Source: Macrostomum lignano
Taxonomy: Eukaryota
Direction: 5' to 3'
NCBI GenBank assembly: GCA_002269645.1
Contig: NIVC01000808.1
Coordinates: forward strand, 186,001-250,000
DNA length: 64,000 bases
Shown here in pieces: positions 17,087 to 27,126 of the stretch. Position 1 is the stretch's first letter, and every line of letters starts with the position of its first letter. The notes beneath the pieces were generated by a model. That model was not told the DNA's origin. It ran no database searches and saw nothing but the letters and a program-made list of their open reading frames with translations. Position numbers and translations under genes: made by a program.

Positions 17087-17728
17087 TCAATTCAAAAGTG
17101 GAACTGATATCCTTATTTTGGATGCCACAAAGTTGACTAATTTAGAAAGAATTGAAAAAATATTGTCACCGCTGTTCCGCCTCGCTTCCTCCAACAATTT
17201 TTGGATGTCGTTTTCGAGTTTTACCATCGCCCTGTGAGCCTCTTCATTCGACTGTCGCAAGTTTTTCACCTTTTCTCTGAGAGTTGCTACATCACTACGC
17301 AGCTGCGAATGGTCCACTTCCTTCCACTGTCGCAAGTTATTCACCTTTTCTCTGAGAGTTGCTACATCACTACGCAGCTGCGAATGGTCCACTTCCTTCG
17401 ACTGTCGCAAGTTATTCACCTTTTCTCTGAGAGTTGCTACATCACTACGCAGCTGCGAATGGTCCACTTCCTTCGACTGTCGCAAGTTATTCACTTTTTC
17501 TCTGAGAGTTGCTAAATCACTACGCAGCTGGTCCACTTCCTTCGACTGTCGCAAGTTATTCACCTCTTGTCTGAGAGTTGCTAAATCACTACGCAGCTGG
17601 TCCACTTCATTTGACTGTCGCAAGTTTTCCACCTCTTGTCTGAGAGTTGCTACATCACTACGCAGCTGCGAATAGTCCATAGCAACTATTCCCACTATGC
17701 CGCATAGTATGAAACCCAGATACTGCAT
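17087..17728 (-). CDS. Intronless secreted coiled-coil repeat protein, 213 aa, six 23-25 aa units
   Basis: Hydrophobic N-terminus, heptad repeats, RR site and amphipathic tail; paralog at 22461-22736. Confidence 0.8.
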   Translation of the reverse strand: MQYLGFILCGIVGIVAMDYSQLRSDVATLRQEVENLRQSNEVDQLRSDLATLRQEVNNLRQSKEVDQLRSDLATLREKVNNLRQSKEVDHSQLRSDVATLREKVNNLRQSKEVDHSQLRSDVATLREKVNNLRQWKEVDHSQLRSDVATLREKVKNLRQSNEEAHRAMVKLENDIQKLLEEARRNSGDNIFSILSKLVNFVASKIRISVPLLN

Positions 17729-17892
17729 TTCTCACTGTTCAGAGTCTGAAATGGTAGAGAAAAGTGCTGTAGTGGTTTAGCTCGAGATTACGCACTCGAG
17801 TTTATTCATATTATTGTTAAGCATTGCGCCCAGTTTCAGTTAAGAAAAAAGTAAGTTATAGACCGCTCCAGTATATTTATATGTACTTGGCT

Positions 17893-18070
17893 GACAACAA
17901 CAACAACAAAACAACAAAATACGCGGCCCTGAGAGCAAAAGGCCACAGTTAGAGCAGGGCGTGTCAGATGGCGCGCCGCAGAGCCTGGGAGCGAACAAAG
18001 TCCGCTCCGTTGGCAGTGTCGGGCGCCCCAGCGTCGCACAGCAGGCAGTCCACGTATCGACGGGTTCGAC
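17893..18070 (-). repeat. Dispersed repeat with a (TTG)n tail; second copy at 58606-58765
   Basis: Shared GTCAGATGGCGCGCCGCAGAGC...GTTGGCAGTGTCGGGCGC...ATCGACGGGTT next to (AAC)n. Confidence 0.8.
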
Positions 18071-19354
18071 TTGGCTGAACTAATCGTTAGTCACTACGAG
18101 CTACGACATCCACGACACATAGAGCTGTGCACGTAACATATAATGTTGTCATCTAGAAAAAAGTAACTTTTTATTTTGCAAGCCCATTCTCTTCTGCCAA
18201 TCTCCGGCTCCAGCCAGCCTTCTGTCAGTCTCTCTGTCGCTCTCTGTTCCACATCCTGCAATCAGCTTTTCCATTCATTCTTCTGACAGCCAAGGACCTT
18301 GCGGCGATAAAACTCTAAGAGTTAGATAAAAGTTTGTTAGAACTCTGTTTTCATTTCTGGCTAGGCGCAACTGAATTGCTATACTCGTAAGGATATTGTT
18401 TAGACATATACATACTCTATAGACATTTGTGCATATTTTTGCCATCTTGGTCTCAGATTGCTTGAAAGAAGCCTCACTTAGCTCGCAAAACCTACCTTCG
18501 CGCAAAGTGACGCTATTAGCTCGTATACTCTCGTAGTTATATTATAACTCAATATTATCAAAGAAATTCACTTACTCGGGTTACGCCTTGCTTACTCGCA
18601 GTTTTTGTACTTGTAAATTGTAATTATACTGTACTTTAGTCACGGATGATGCTTTTGTAATATAATCTAGCACTGTAGCTTTGGCAACCGTTAACAGCAG
18701 TATGCAGCAGTTCTAAACGAAAAACGAAAATCCTAGGCCAATCACCCTTTATGCACGAAACGGGATTTATTTTTAGCCTGTGCTCTGCGGTCACTTGATT
18801 GGTACACGGGCCTGCTCAACCAAACTGCTCACAGAGAAAAGCTATAGCCTATTATACATGCGCATTACAGGCACGTACTAGCGGGGTAGAGAAGACGCAT
18901 CCCCCCAGTAGACAGGCAAAAATGATGACGCGCCCCTGATTCTGTTTCCCAATTTGGAAGTTCCCCAATTTTCGCTTTCGACTGCCATCGCAACAGAGGT
19001 ACATGCATGCAGTGGCGTAGCTAGGATTTTGAAATGGGGGGATAACTGGAAGGGAAAAACTTGCAATCAAATAAAATAGTTTTTTGTGATTTTTGCTTTA
19101 CATTTGCATTTAAAAAGTACCAGCAGTATTAATATTAATAGGCTAAAAAACCTTTTAATTTGTTAAAATCAGAATAAAAGACATCAGACATCGGGATCGA
19201 GATTCGCGGGATTCGCAGAAACATCGTTTAAAACATTTTAATAATAATTTACTAGTGAAAAACATTTTTATTGCATTTTTTGGTATATTTTTCTAAATCT
19301 GAAGCCGCTTTATTTTGATTTTTTTCAAAAAACCTCACTTTCCTTTCCTATTGC

Positions 19355-19950
19355 TATCTGGGTGGATGCTTGCTATCTTGGTGGATGCTTGCTATCTGGT
19401 GCATGCTTCTACAATATTTGGGGGGGGGTGCTTGCTATCTGCAGATGCTTGCTATCTAGGAGGATGCTTCAACAATATCTGGGGGATGCTTGCTATCTGC
19501 AGATGCTTGCTATCTAGGTGGATGCTTCAACAATATCTGGGGGATGCTTGCTATCTGCAGATGCTTGCTATCTGGGTGGATGCTTGCTATCTGGGTGGAT
19601 GCTTGCTATCTGGGTGGATGCTTGCTATCTGGGTGGATGCTTGCTATCTGCAGATGCTTGCTATCTGGGTGGATGCTTGCTATCTGGGTGGATGCTTGCT
19701 ATCTGGGTGGATGCTTGCTATCTGGGTGGATGCTTGCTATCTGGGTGGATGCTTGCTATCTGGGTGGATGCTTGCTATCTAGGTGGATGCTTCAACAATA
19801 TCTGTGGGATGCTTGCTATCTGCAGATGCTTGCTATCTGCAGATGCTTGCTATCTGGGTGGATGCTTGCTACGAGTATTAGGGGATGCTTGCTATCTGCG
19901 GTTGCTTACTTTTGGAGGGGGATGCTTGCTATCTGAAGGGATGCTTGCTG
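19355..19950 (+). repeat. 19/17-nt minisatellite GATGCTTGCTATCTGGGTG inside the hAT-like element
   Basis: Direct read. Confidence 0.93.
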
Positions 19951-20159
19951 TCTTAGGAATATTTTCTATTTAGGGGAATGTCTGTTATCTTTGTGAAAGC
20001 TATATTTAGTTGTCTGTTTGTTAATCTTAGAAAAAAGAGATTCATAGCAAATATCATTGTCCGTGACAATTTTACATGAATAAGGTGATTTATAAAAGTG
20101 AATAAGGAATTAGTGTTTAAGAAAAAGTGCTTTTTTAATTGTTTTCCATGAACTATTTT

Positions 20160-20210
20160 TGCTCCTTGCTTATTGGGCGCCCCGAAAAGGGGCCGCACTA
20201 GATTGCTAGT
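20160..20210 (+). mobile_element. Helitron-like 3' terminus; second copy on the minus strand at about 58203-58250
   Basis: GC hairpin GCGCCCCGAAAAGGGGCCGC ending 12 nt before CTAG|T; homologous sequence at 58.2 kb. Confidence 0.5.
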
Positions 20211-20814
20211 TTGTTTCCTATAAATCATTAAAATGGGATGATACCCGGTATATATACGTATCCCCCAGCTACGCTACTGTGTACATGCATGCGTGATGAA
20301 GCAAAGCAGAGCTGAAACTGTGTAATGAAATACAGAAGAATTTACGACTAAACGGAACTGCTCACAAAAGGTTTAAAAAATTGATGTCACTTTTTCTATT
20401 CGCTATTGTCTGTTAGTACTTACTTACCTGACGCATCCTGACTGCATGACTTTACTGGGCTGCGTCTTTTGTTCTTGTCATTCCGTTTAAAATACATGTA
20501 CATTTATGTTCTCTCGGCTTTCTAATGCAAGCTGTAGACTTTTCGACTCCCGAACCCATCCCGAAGGTAAACGTCTTAGTCAACCGAGTCCAAGCAGTGA
20601 GTCTCAAAGCTAAAAGGTTTGCTTTGCCTAAGGTTTTGCAGGCCAAAAAAAGTAACATGATTCATTCTACTGCTATAAATAGTATCATGATTCATTCCTC
20701 TGCTATAAATAGTAACATGATTCATCGTTAAGGTTTAGATGCGCATGTGTGCACTAGTCTACTTACAGTAGCATTCTATGATTAACAATTTTACTTCTTT
20801 TTTTGGAGGTAGAA

Positions 20815-21706
20815 CACTCTACAGAACACTCTGTCACTGAATCCTGGACATCTCCCACAGCACGGTGCGTTGCATCCTAACTGAAAACCTAGGCATGCAG
20901 AAGATCTTCGCCAAGTGGGTGCCCCATCTGCTGACACAAGAGCAGATGGAGGAGCGGGTGAGGCTGTCCAGAGAGCAGCTTCGTCAATTTCATCGAGAAG
21001 GCAACGACTTCCTCAGCAGGATTATGACAGGAGATGAGACTTGGATCTACGAATGGGATCCTGAGCTGAAGCGCCAGTCAGCACAGTGACTTCCAATTAA
21101 GGGGATCAGCAAGCCCGGAGAAGGTGCAGCGCAAGCAGAGTTCAATGAAGGTGATGCACATCATCTTCTTCGACGCCCATGGCATTCTGGAGGACTGGCC
21201 TGTGCCAGTCGGTACCAAGGTGAATGCGGAATATTACAAATGAATTCTGCAAGAGAAAGTGCAACCGGCGATCAGAAAGAATCGACCTGGCTTGCTGGAG
21301 AGAGGCGTCATCTCTCATCACGACAATGCGCCTTGTGCACCGCGCCAGAAGAGTGGAAGAGCTTCCTGGAGTCCTGGGACTGAGAAGTTCTTCTTCAGCC
21401 GCGCTATTCGCCTGTCTTGGCTCCGGCGGACTTCTACATTTTCCCAAGGATGAAGAAGGGTCAACTTTTTGCCTCGGTGGAACAAATTAATAACAGTGCT
21501 TCATCAGCTCTCCGGCATCTGACCATTGGCGGTTGCAGCCCTGCCTTTGAGGCGTGGGTGCGCGGCTGGGAGAAGTGCGTTGACCTCGGCGGCAAATTTG
21601 TACAGTAACTATGAGTTCATTTTGCAGTTGCAAAGTTTTGTTGATTGTTGGGTCACTAGTTAGTCTTTTATAGCATAAGCGAAACTTACTTTTGGGATAG
21701 CCTTAA
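20815..21706 (+). mobile_element. 5'-truncated mariner (DD34D-type) transposase pseudogene with 3' TIR
   Basis: WVPHLL, TGDETW, HHDNAP and YSP.LAP.DF motifs across a stop and frameshifts; ends ACTTTTGGGATAGCC. Confidence 0.9.
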
Positions 21707-22460
21707 ATACCAATTTGCCAAATGAATCTGAATTAATTGGGTCCATCAGCTACTGCCCCCCCTCTACAACTGCAAAATTGCAGCCGCCCTCTGTTGTAAA
21801 AAAAAAGAACACAAAACAAGATCAGAGCAATTTAGGGGGTCGATGAAAAAGGCTCCGTTTTGTCCTTCGTGTTGCTTTCCGAGACAACTAAAATCCAAAG
21901 ACGAACTTTAATTTTTAATAAATCTAGATTCTAGAGTTCTAAATTTCGTGTTTAGCTTTTCAATTTATTTTTATTTTGGCAAAATCACGCAGCAATATTT
22001 TTGTTTCGAAAACATCATATTGGTCTTGGTGATTAAATGATGCATAATTCACAACTGTAAAGTATTAATTAATCAATAAAAATTATCTCGATCTACTACA
22101 GATCATGAGTTTACTCTCTCAAACAAAAAATAACTAACAGAATACTACTAATAAAAAACTATGAACGGATCGAATTAATTCATCAAGTATGCAAAAGCGT
22201 TAGCAAAAATTCTGTGTGAGCGGGAGAATCCGAGCGATTTAATGTTTAAAGCGAAATTTATAGCGAAAATTTATACGGTTTGACGCCGTACGAGCTATAA
22301 AGTATGAATGATGCACCAATATGAAGAAACAAATGATGTAAAAAATATCAAATCCAGTTCAATTTTTTTTGATTTTTCGTGAAACTATAACAAAATTTCG
22401 TCCCCGGACCTCAAATAATCCTTGATTTCCTAGTATCGGATTGCGATCCTTAATTCATAA

Positions 22461-22736
22461 TCAGCTCAAAAGTGGAACCCATTTTTTGATTTTCGACGCC
22501 ACAGCATTGACTACTTTAAAAAGAAAGGGAAAGCCGTTCCAGCCGTTTCGCCTCGCTTCCTTCAACTCCAACAATTTGTTGTTTTGAAGTTTTATCATCG
22601 CCCTGTAAGCCTGTTCATTTGACTGTCGCAAGTTTTTCACCTCTTCTCTGAGAGTTTCTATATCACTGCGCATGTGCAGATAGTCCATAGCAACCATTCC
22701 CACTATGACGCACAGTATGTAGCCCAGATATTGCAT
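22461..22736 (-). CDS. Short paralog (91 aa, one repeat unit) of the secreted coiled-coil protein
   Basis: MQYLGYILCVIVGMVAMDY...LRQSNEQAYRAMIKL..EARRNGWNGFPFLFKVVNAVASKIKKWVPLLS. Confidence 0.78.
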   Translation of the reverse strand: MQYLGYILCVIVGMVAMDYLHMRSDIETLREEVKNLRQSNEQAYRAMIKLQNNKLLELKEARRNGWNGFPFLFKVVNAVASKIKKWVPLLS

Positions 22737-22913
22737 TGCTCACTATTTAGAGTCTGAAATGGTAGAGAAAAAGTGAAAGTGGTTTAAGCTAGAGATTACG
22801 CACTCGATTTTATTCATATTGCTGAGTATTGCAGTTGCAGTTGAGAAGAAAGTGAGTTATAAACTGCTCCAGTAAATTGCATTGATATGCACTTGGCTGG
22901 ACAGCCACGAGAT

Positions 22914-25134
22914 GGGTCACCGTCTTTTCACTGCCACAATTTAACTCCTGGCCTTTTGACTGCCGGCGACTTTTGACTGCCGGCGACTTTTGACTGCCGG
23001 CGACTTTTGACTGCCAGACTTTTGACTGCCAGACTTTTGACTGCCAGACTTTTGACTGCCAGACTTTTGACTGCCGGACTTTTGACTGCCAGACTTTTGA
23101 CTGCCGGACTTTTGACTGCCAGCGACTTTTGACTGCCAGACTTTTGACTGCCAGACTTTTGACTGCCAGACTTTTGACTGCCAGCGACTTTTGACTGCCA
23201 GACTTTTGACTGCCAGACTTTTGACTGCCAGACTTTTGACTGCCAGACTTTTGACTGCCAGACTTTTGACTGCCAGACTTTTGACTGCCAGACTTTTGAC
23301 TGCCGGACTTTTGACTGCCGGACTTTTGACTGCCGGCGACTTTTGACTGCCAGACTTTTGACTGCCGGTATTTTAACTGCTAGACTTTTGAATGCCGGTA
23401 TTTTAACTGCCAGACTTTTGACTGCCGGACTTTTGACTGCCAGACTTTTGACTGCCAAACTTTTGACTGCCGGTATTTTAACTGCCAGACTTTTGAATGC
23501 CGGTATTTTAACTGCCAGACTTTTAACTGCCAGACTTTTGACTGCCTGACTTTTGACAGCCAGACTTTTGACTGCCAGACTTTCGACTGTCTAGTCATCT
23601 TTTCATTTTACATTTGGGCTGGGAGGAGAATCTACAGAACGGAGCCAGAGGGCAGTTAGTTTACTTGGGTGAAGCAGGAGATTCTTGAATAGGTGGAAGG
23701 AGATCTTTTTACGAGGGAGGCACAGAAACAGCATGTAGTGATAGCGAGTGAATATAGTGAATTAGTAAATATGAGGCGTCAGCCCATGAAATGGCTTCAG
23801 AAGATATTTCAATCCCTGAATAATTCTGAGTATGAATTTAGTAGGTTTAATTTCCCCAATCCAAAGGTTTTTGGAGCATCTCAACAATAATAAACAAGTC
23901 TTATTTCTAAGACTTTTGTTATTGTTAACTTATAATTACTAATTGACAGATACGACTAATGATGACTGAGTTAGCGAATTCGTATTCATTTATCGCATGC
24001 TAATTGATTAAAAGTACTAACTAATCATAAATAAGAACAAGTATAATGTGGTATTTCCGGCTGTCAAAAGTCTGGCAGCCAAAAGTCGCCGGCAGTCAAA
24101 AGTCCGACAGTCAAAAGTCTGGCAGTCAAAAGTCGCTGGCAGTCAAAAGTCTGGCAGTCAAAAGTCTGGCAGTCAAAAGTCGCCAGCAGTCAAAAGTCCG
24201 GCAGTCAAAAGTCGCCGGCAGTCAAAAGTCCGACAGTCAAAAGTCTGGCAGTCAAAAGTCGCTGGCAGTCAAAAGTCTGGCAGTCAAAAGTCGCCGGCAG
24301 TCAAAAGTCCGGCAATCAAAAGTCTGGCAGTCAAAAGTCCGGCTGTCAAAAGTCAGGCAGTCAAAAGTCGCCGGCAGTCAAAAGTCCGACAGTCAAAAGT
24401 CTGGCAGTCAAAAGTCGCTGGCAGTCAAAAGTCTGGCAGTCAAAAGTCTGGCAGTCAAAAGTCGCCGGCAGTCAAAAGTCCGACAGTCAAAAGTCTGGCA
24501 GTCAAAAGTCGCCGGCAGTCAAAAGTCCGGCAGTCAAAAGTCTGGCAGTCAAAATCGCTGGCAGTCAAAAGCCTGGCAGTCAAAAGTCCGGCAGTCAAAA
24601 TCGCTGGCAGTCAAAAGTCCGGCAGTCAAAAGTCTGGCAGTCAAAAGTCTGACAGTCAAAATCGCTGGCAGTCAAAAGTCCAGAAGTCAAATTGTGGCAG
24701 TCAAAAGTCGCCAGCAGTCAAAAGTCCGGCAGTCAAAAGTCGCCAGCAGTCAAAAGTCCGGCAGTCAAAAGTCTGGCAGTCAAAAGTCGCCGGCAGTCAA
24801 AAGTCCGGCAGTCAAAAGTCTGGCAGTCAAAATCGCTGGCAGTCAAAAGTCCGGCAGTCAAAAGTACGGCAGTCAAAATCGCTGGCAGTCAAAAGTCTGG
24901 CAGTCAAAAGTCTGACAGTCAAAAGTCTGACAGTCAAAATCGCTGGCAGTCAAAAGTCCAGAAGTCAAATTGTGGCAGTCAAAAGTCGCCAGCAGTCAAA
25001 AGTCCAGAAGTCATTGTGGCAGTCAAAATCGCCGGCAGTCAAAAGTCGCCGGCAGTCAAAATCGCCGGCAGTCAAAAGTCGCCGGCAGTCAAAAGTCCAG
25101 AAGTCAAATTGTGGCAGTCAAAAGTCGGTGACCC
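22914..25134. mobile_element. Foldback-type element: inverted arms of 15/17-nt GACTGCCAGACTTTT repeats around an AT-rich spacer
   Basis: Left terminus GGGTCACCGTCTTTTCACTGCCACAATTT matches the reverse complement of the right terminus; arrays at about 22930-23590 and 24050-25130; no TSD found. Confidence 0.8.
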
Positions 25135-27126
25135 GTGAAAACTCGTTGTCTTTTGTCAAAATCTATGGCTCCACAAGGCGACGCTTGATTTCGCTCTTTA
25201 ACGCACTGTGCGCCACTACTACACGGGATTTAGAAATGGCAAGTAATAGTGCCAAGATGAGCCAGCCAGCCGCCACGAGGTAACTGCATTCATGTTGCCA
25301 AGTCTCGCTGTATCTGCGTTTTTATTTATTCTTAATCTAGTTACAGTACATGTACAGCGATTTTGTGTAGGATATCAAATGTTTCAGACCCAATCGCAGT
25401 AATGTCACTCCTTTTATGATTTTCGACATGACTTAAAAACAAAAAGTTTCCATTTTCCTCTATCGATGACTTAATTAAAGAGTGAGACAACTAATCCTCC
25501 ACCGCTTGAAACAGACACTCCGTTTTCATTGCTGGCTAGGCGCAACTGAATTGCTATGAGGATATAATTGTTTGACTCGATGTCTGAGTTTGAGCAACTG
25601 CTCACTTTATTCATACGGTCTAATATTATCAAAGAAGTTTACTTACCCTTGTTTACTCGCAGTGTTTGTACTTGTAAATTGTAATTGTACTTTTTCATGG
25701 ATGATGCTTCGGAACAGTCTAGCACTGCAGCTTTGGCATTTGGCAACCGTTAACAGCAGTTATGCAGCAGTTATAAACGAAAAACGAAAAACGAAAATCT
25801 AACCTTTTTGAAGTGCAAATCAGCCTTTATGCACGAAACGGAATTTATTTTTAGCCTGTGCTCTGCGGTCACTTGATTGCTACACGGGCCTGCTCAACCA
25901 AACTGCTCATTCAGAAAAGCTATTATACATGCGCATTGCAGGCACGAAGGTAGGGGGGGGGGGGTTGAGACGCTCCCCCAAGTAGACAGGCAAAAATTAT
26001 TTTCCCCAATTCTCGCTTTTAACTGCCATAGCTACGAGTGTACATGCGTGTGTGATCAAACAAAGCAGAGCTGAAACTGTGTACTAAAGTGCAGAAGAAT
26101 TTACGACTACGAGTAAGCGGAACTGCTCACAAAAGGTTTAAAAAATTGAAGTAACTTTCTCTATTCGCTATTGTCTGTTAGTACTTACTTACCTGACGCA
26201 TGACTTTACTTTTATGGGCTGCGTCTTTTGTTCTTGTTATTCCGTTTAAAGTACATGTATGTTTTCTCGGCTTTTAAATTCGAACTACACTTTTCTAGGT
26301 CTAAGGCCCAGTAGGAAGTCCAGACTTTGACGAGGGAATAATAGGGAATACAATTCCCCCTAAGCAAATTCCCCGGGGATGGATTCCCTAGAGTAATGTT
26401 AGAGAAAGTTCTCGGACACGCCTGCGAAGCATGAAGAGCAGTGCTCAGTGGGGCAGACTTCGTGTAATGGATGCAAGTTCTTGGCGATGGACAAAACCAC
26501 CTGTCAGAATTCCGATTACGGAAGTAGGAAGTCAATCCTGTGTTCCCGGGATTAACCTTCGGTATAACCCTCTTTAGAACTCCAGTTTTGTTAAAATAAA
26601 GACAAGCACACAGGGTGGCAAAAGTTTGTATCAGACCTCGCAAGTAAATAATTATAAAACTATTATTCTATTGATGCAAGTTGAAAATTCGGCCGCACTT
26701 TAATAAAAACTGTTTATTAAATAACTTTTATCAGTTTCATAATTAATTCAGGTAAGAAGAAAATGATACACGTTTCAAATTAGCAATTTGAAAAGCATTT
26801 TATATGCGGGAAATGAAATATAGCGTATTGAAACAATTTTTTAAACAGTAAATTTTATTCTTATCTTATCTATAAGCGAGGTTATACTGGTAATTTAAGA
26901 TAAGAGGAAAATTTATTTCATCAAGCAATTAGCGTCATATTATAAGCTGAATATTAATTATTGGCCAGGTTTGGCATTGATTATGCCAATACAAAACAGA
27001 ACCACGGTGTGTTTATTCGCTCGTTTTTTTAATTACTAAATTTATATACGCAATTCGTGTGAACTTTAAATAAACAAATAAACATATATATTGACACAGT
27101 CTAGCGCGCAATAGTAAAATAATATG

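Larger units (their letters stand above)
19010..20279. mobile_element. Non-autonomous hAT-like insertion, absent from duplication copy B
   Basis: TIR CAGTGGCGTAGCT / AGCTACGCTACTG. Imperfect TSD (GGTACATG plus CATG on the left, TGTACATG on the right); the empty site in copy B reads TGTACATG. Confidence 0.65.
16640..20525. repeat. Segmental duplication copy A (paralog at about 21935-26272)
   Basis: Collinear matching blocks, e.g. 17735/22745, 18345/25522, 18760/25827 and 20305/26060. Confidence 0.9.
21935..26272. repeat. Segmental duplication copy B
   Basis: Collinear with 16640-20525, with different insertions. Confidence 0.9.

Noticed and set aside
26212-26643. 143-aa minus-strand ORF
   Set aside because: No ATG start, no recognisable motif, and it partly overlaps duplicated non-coding DNA.
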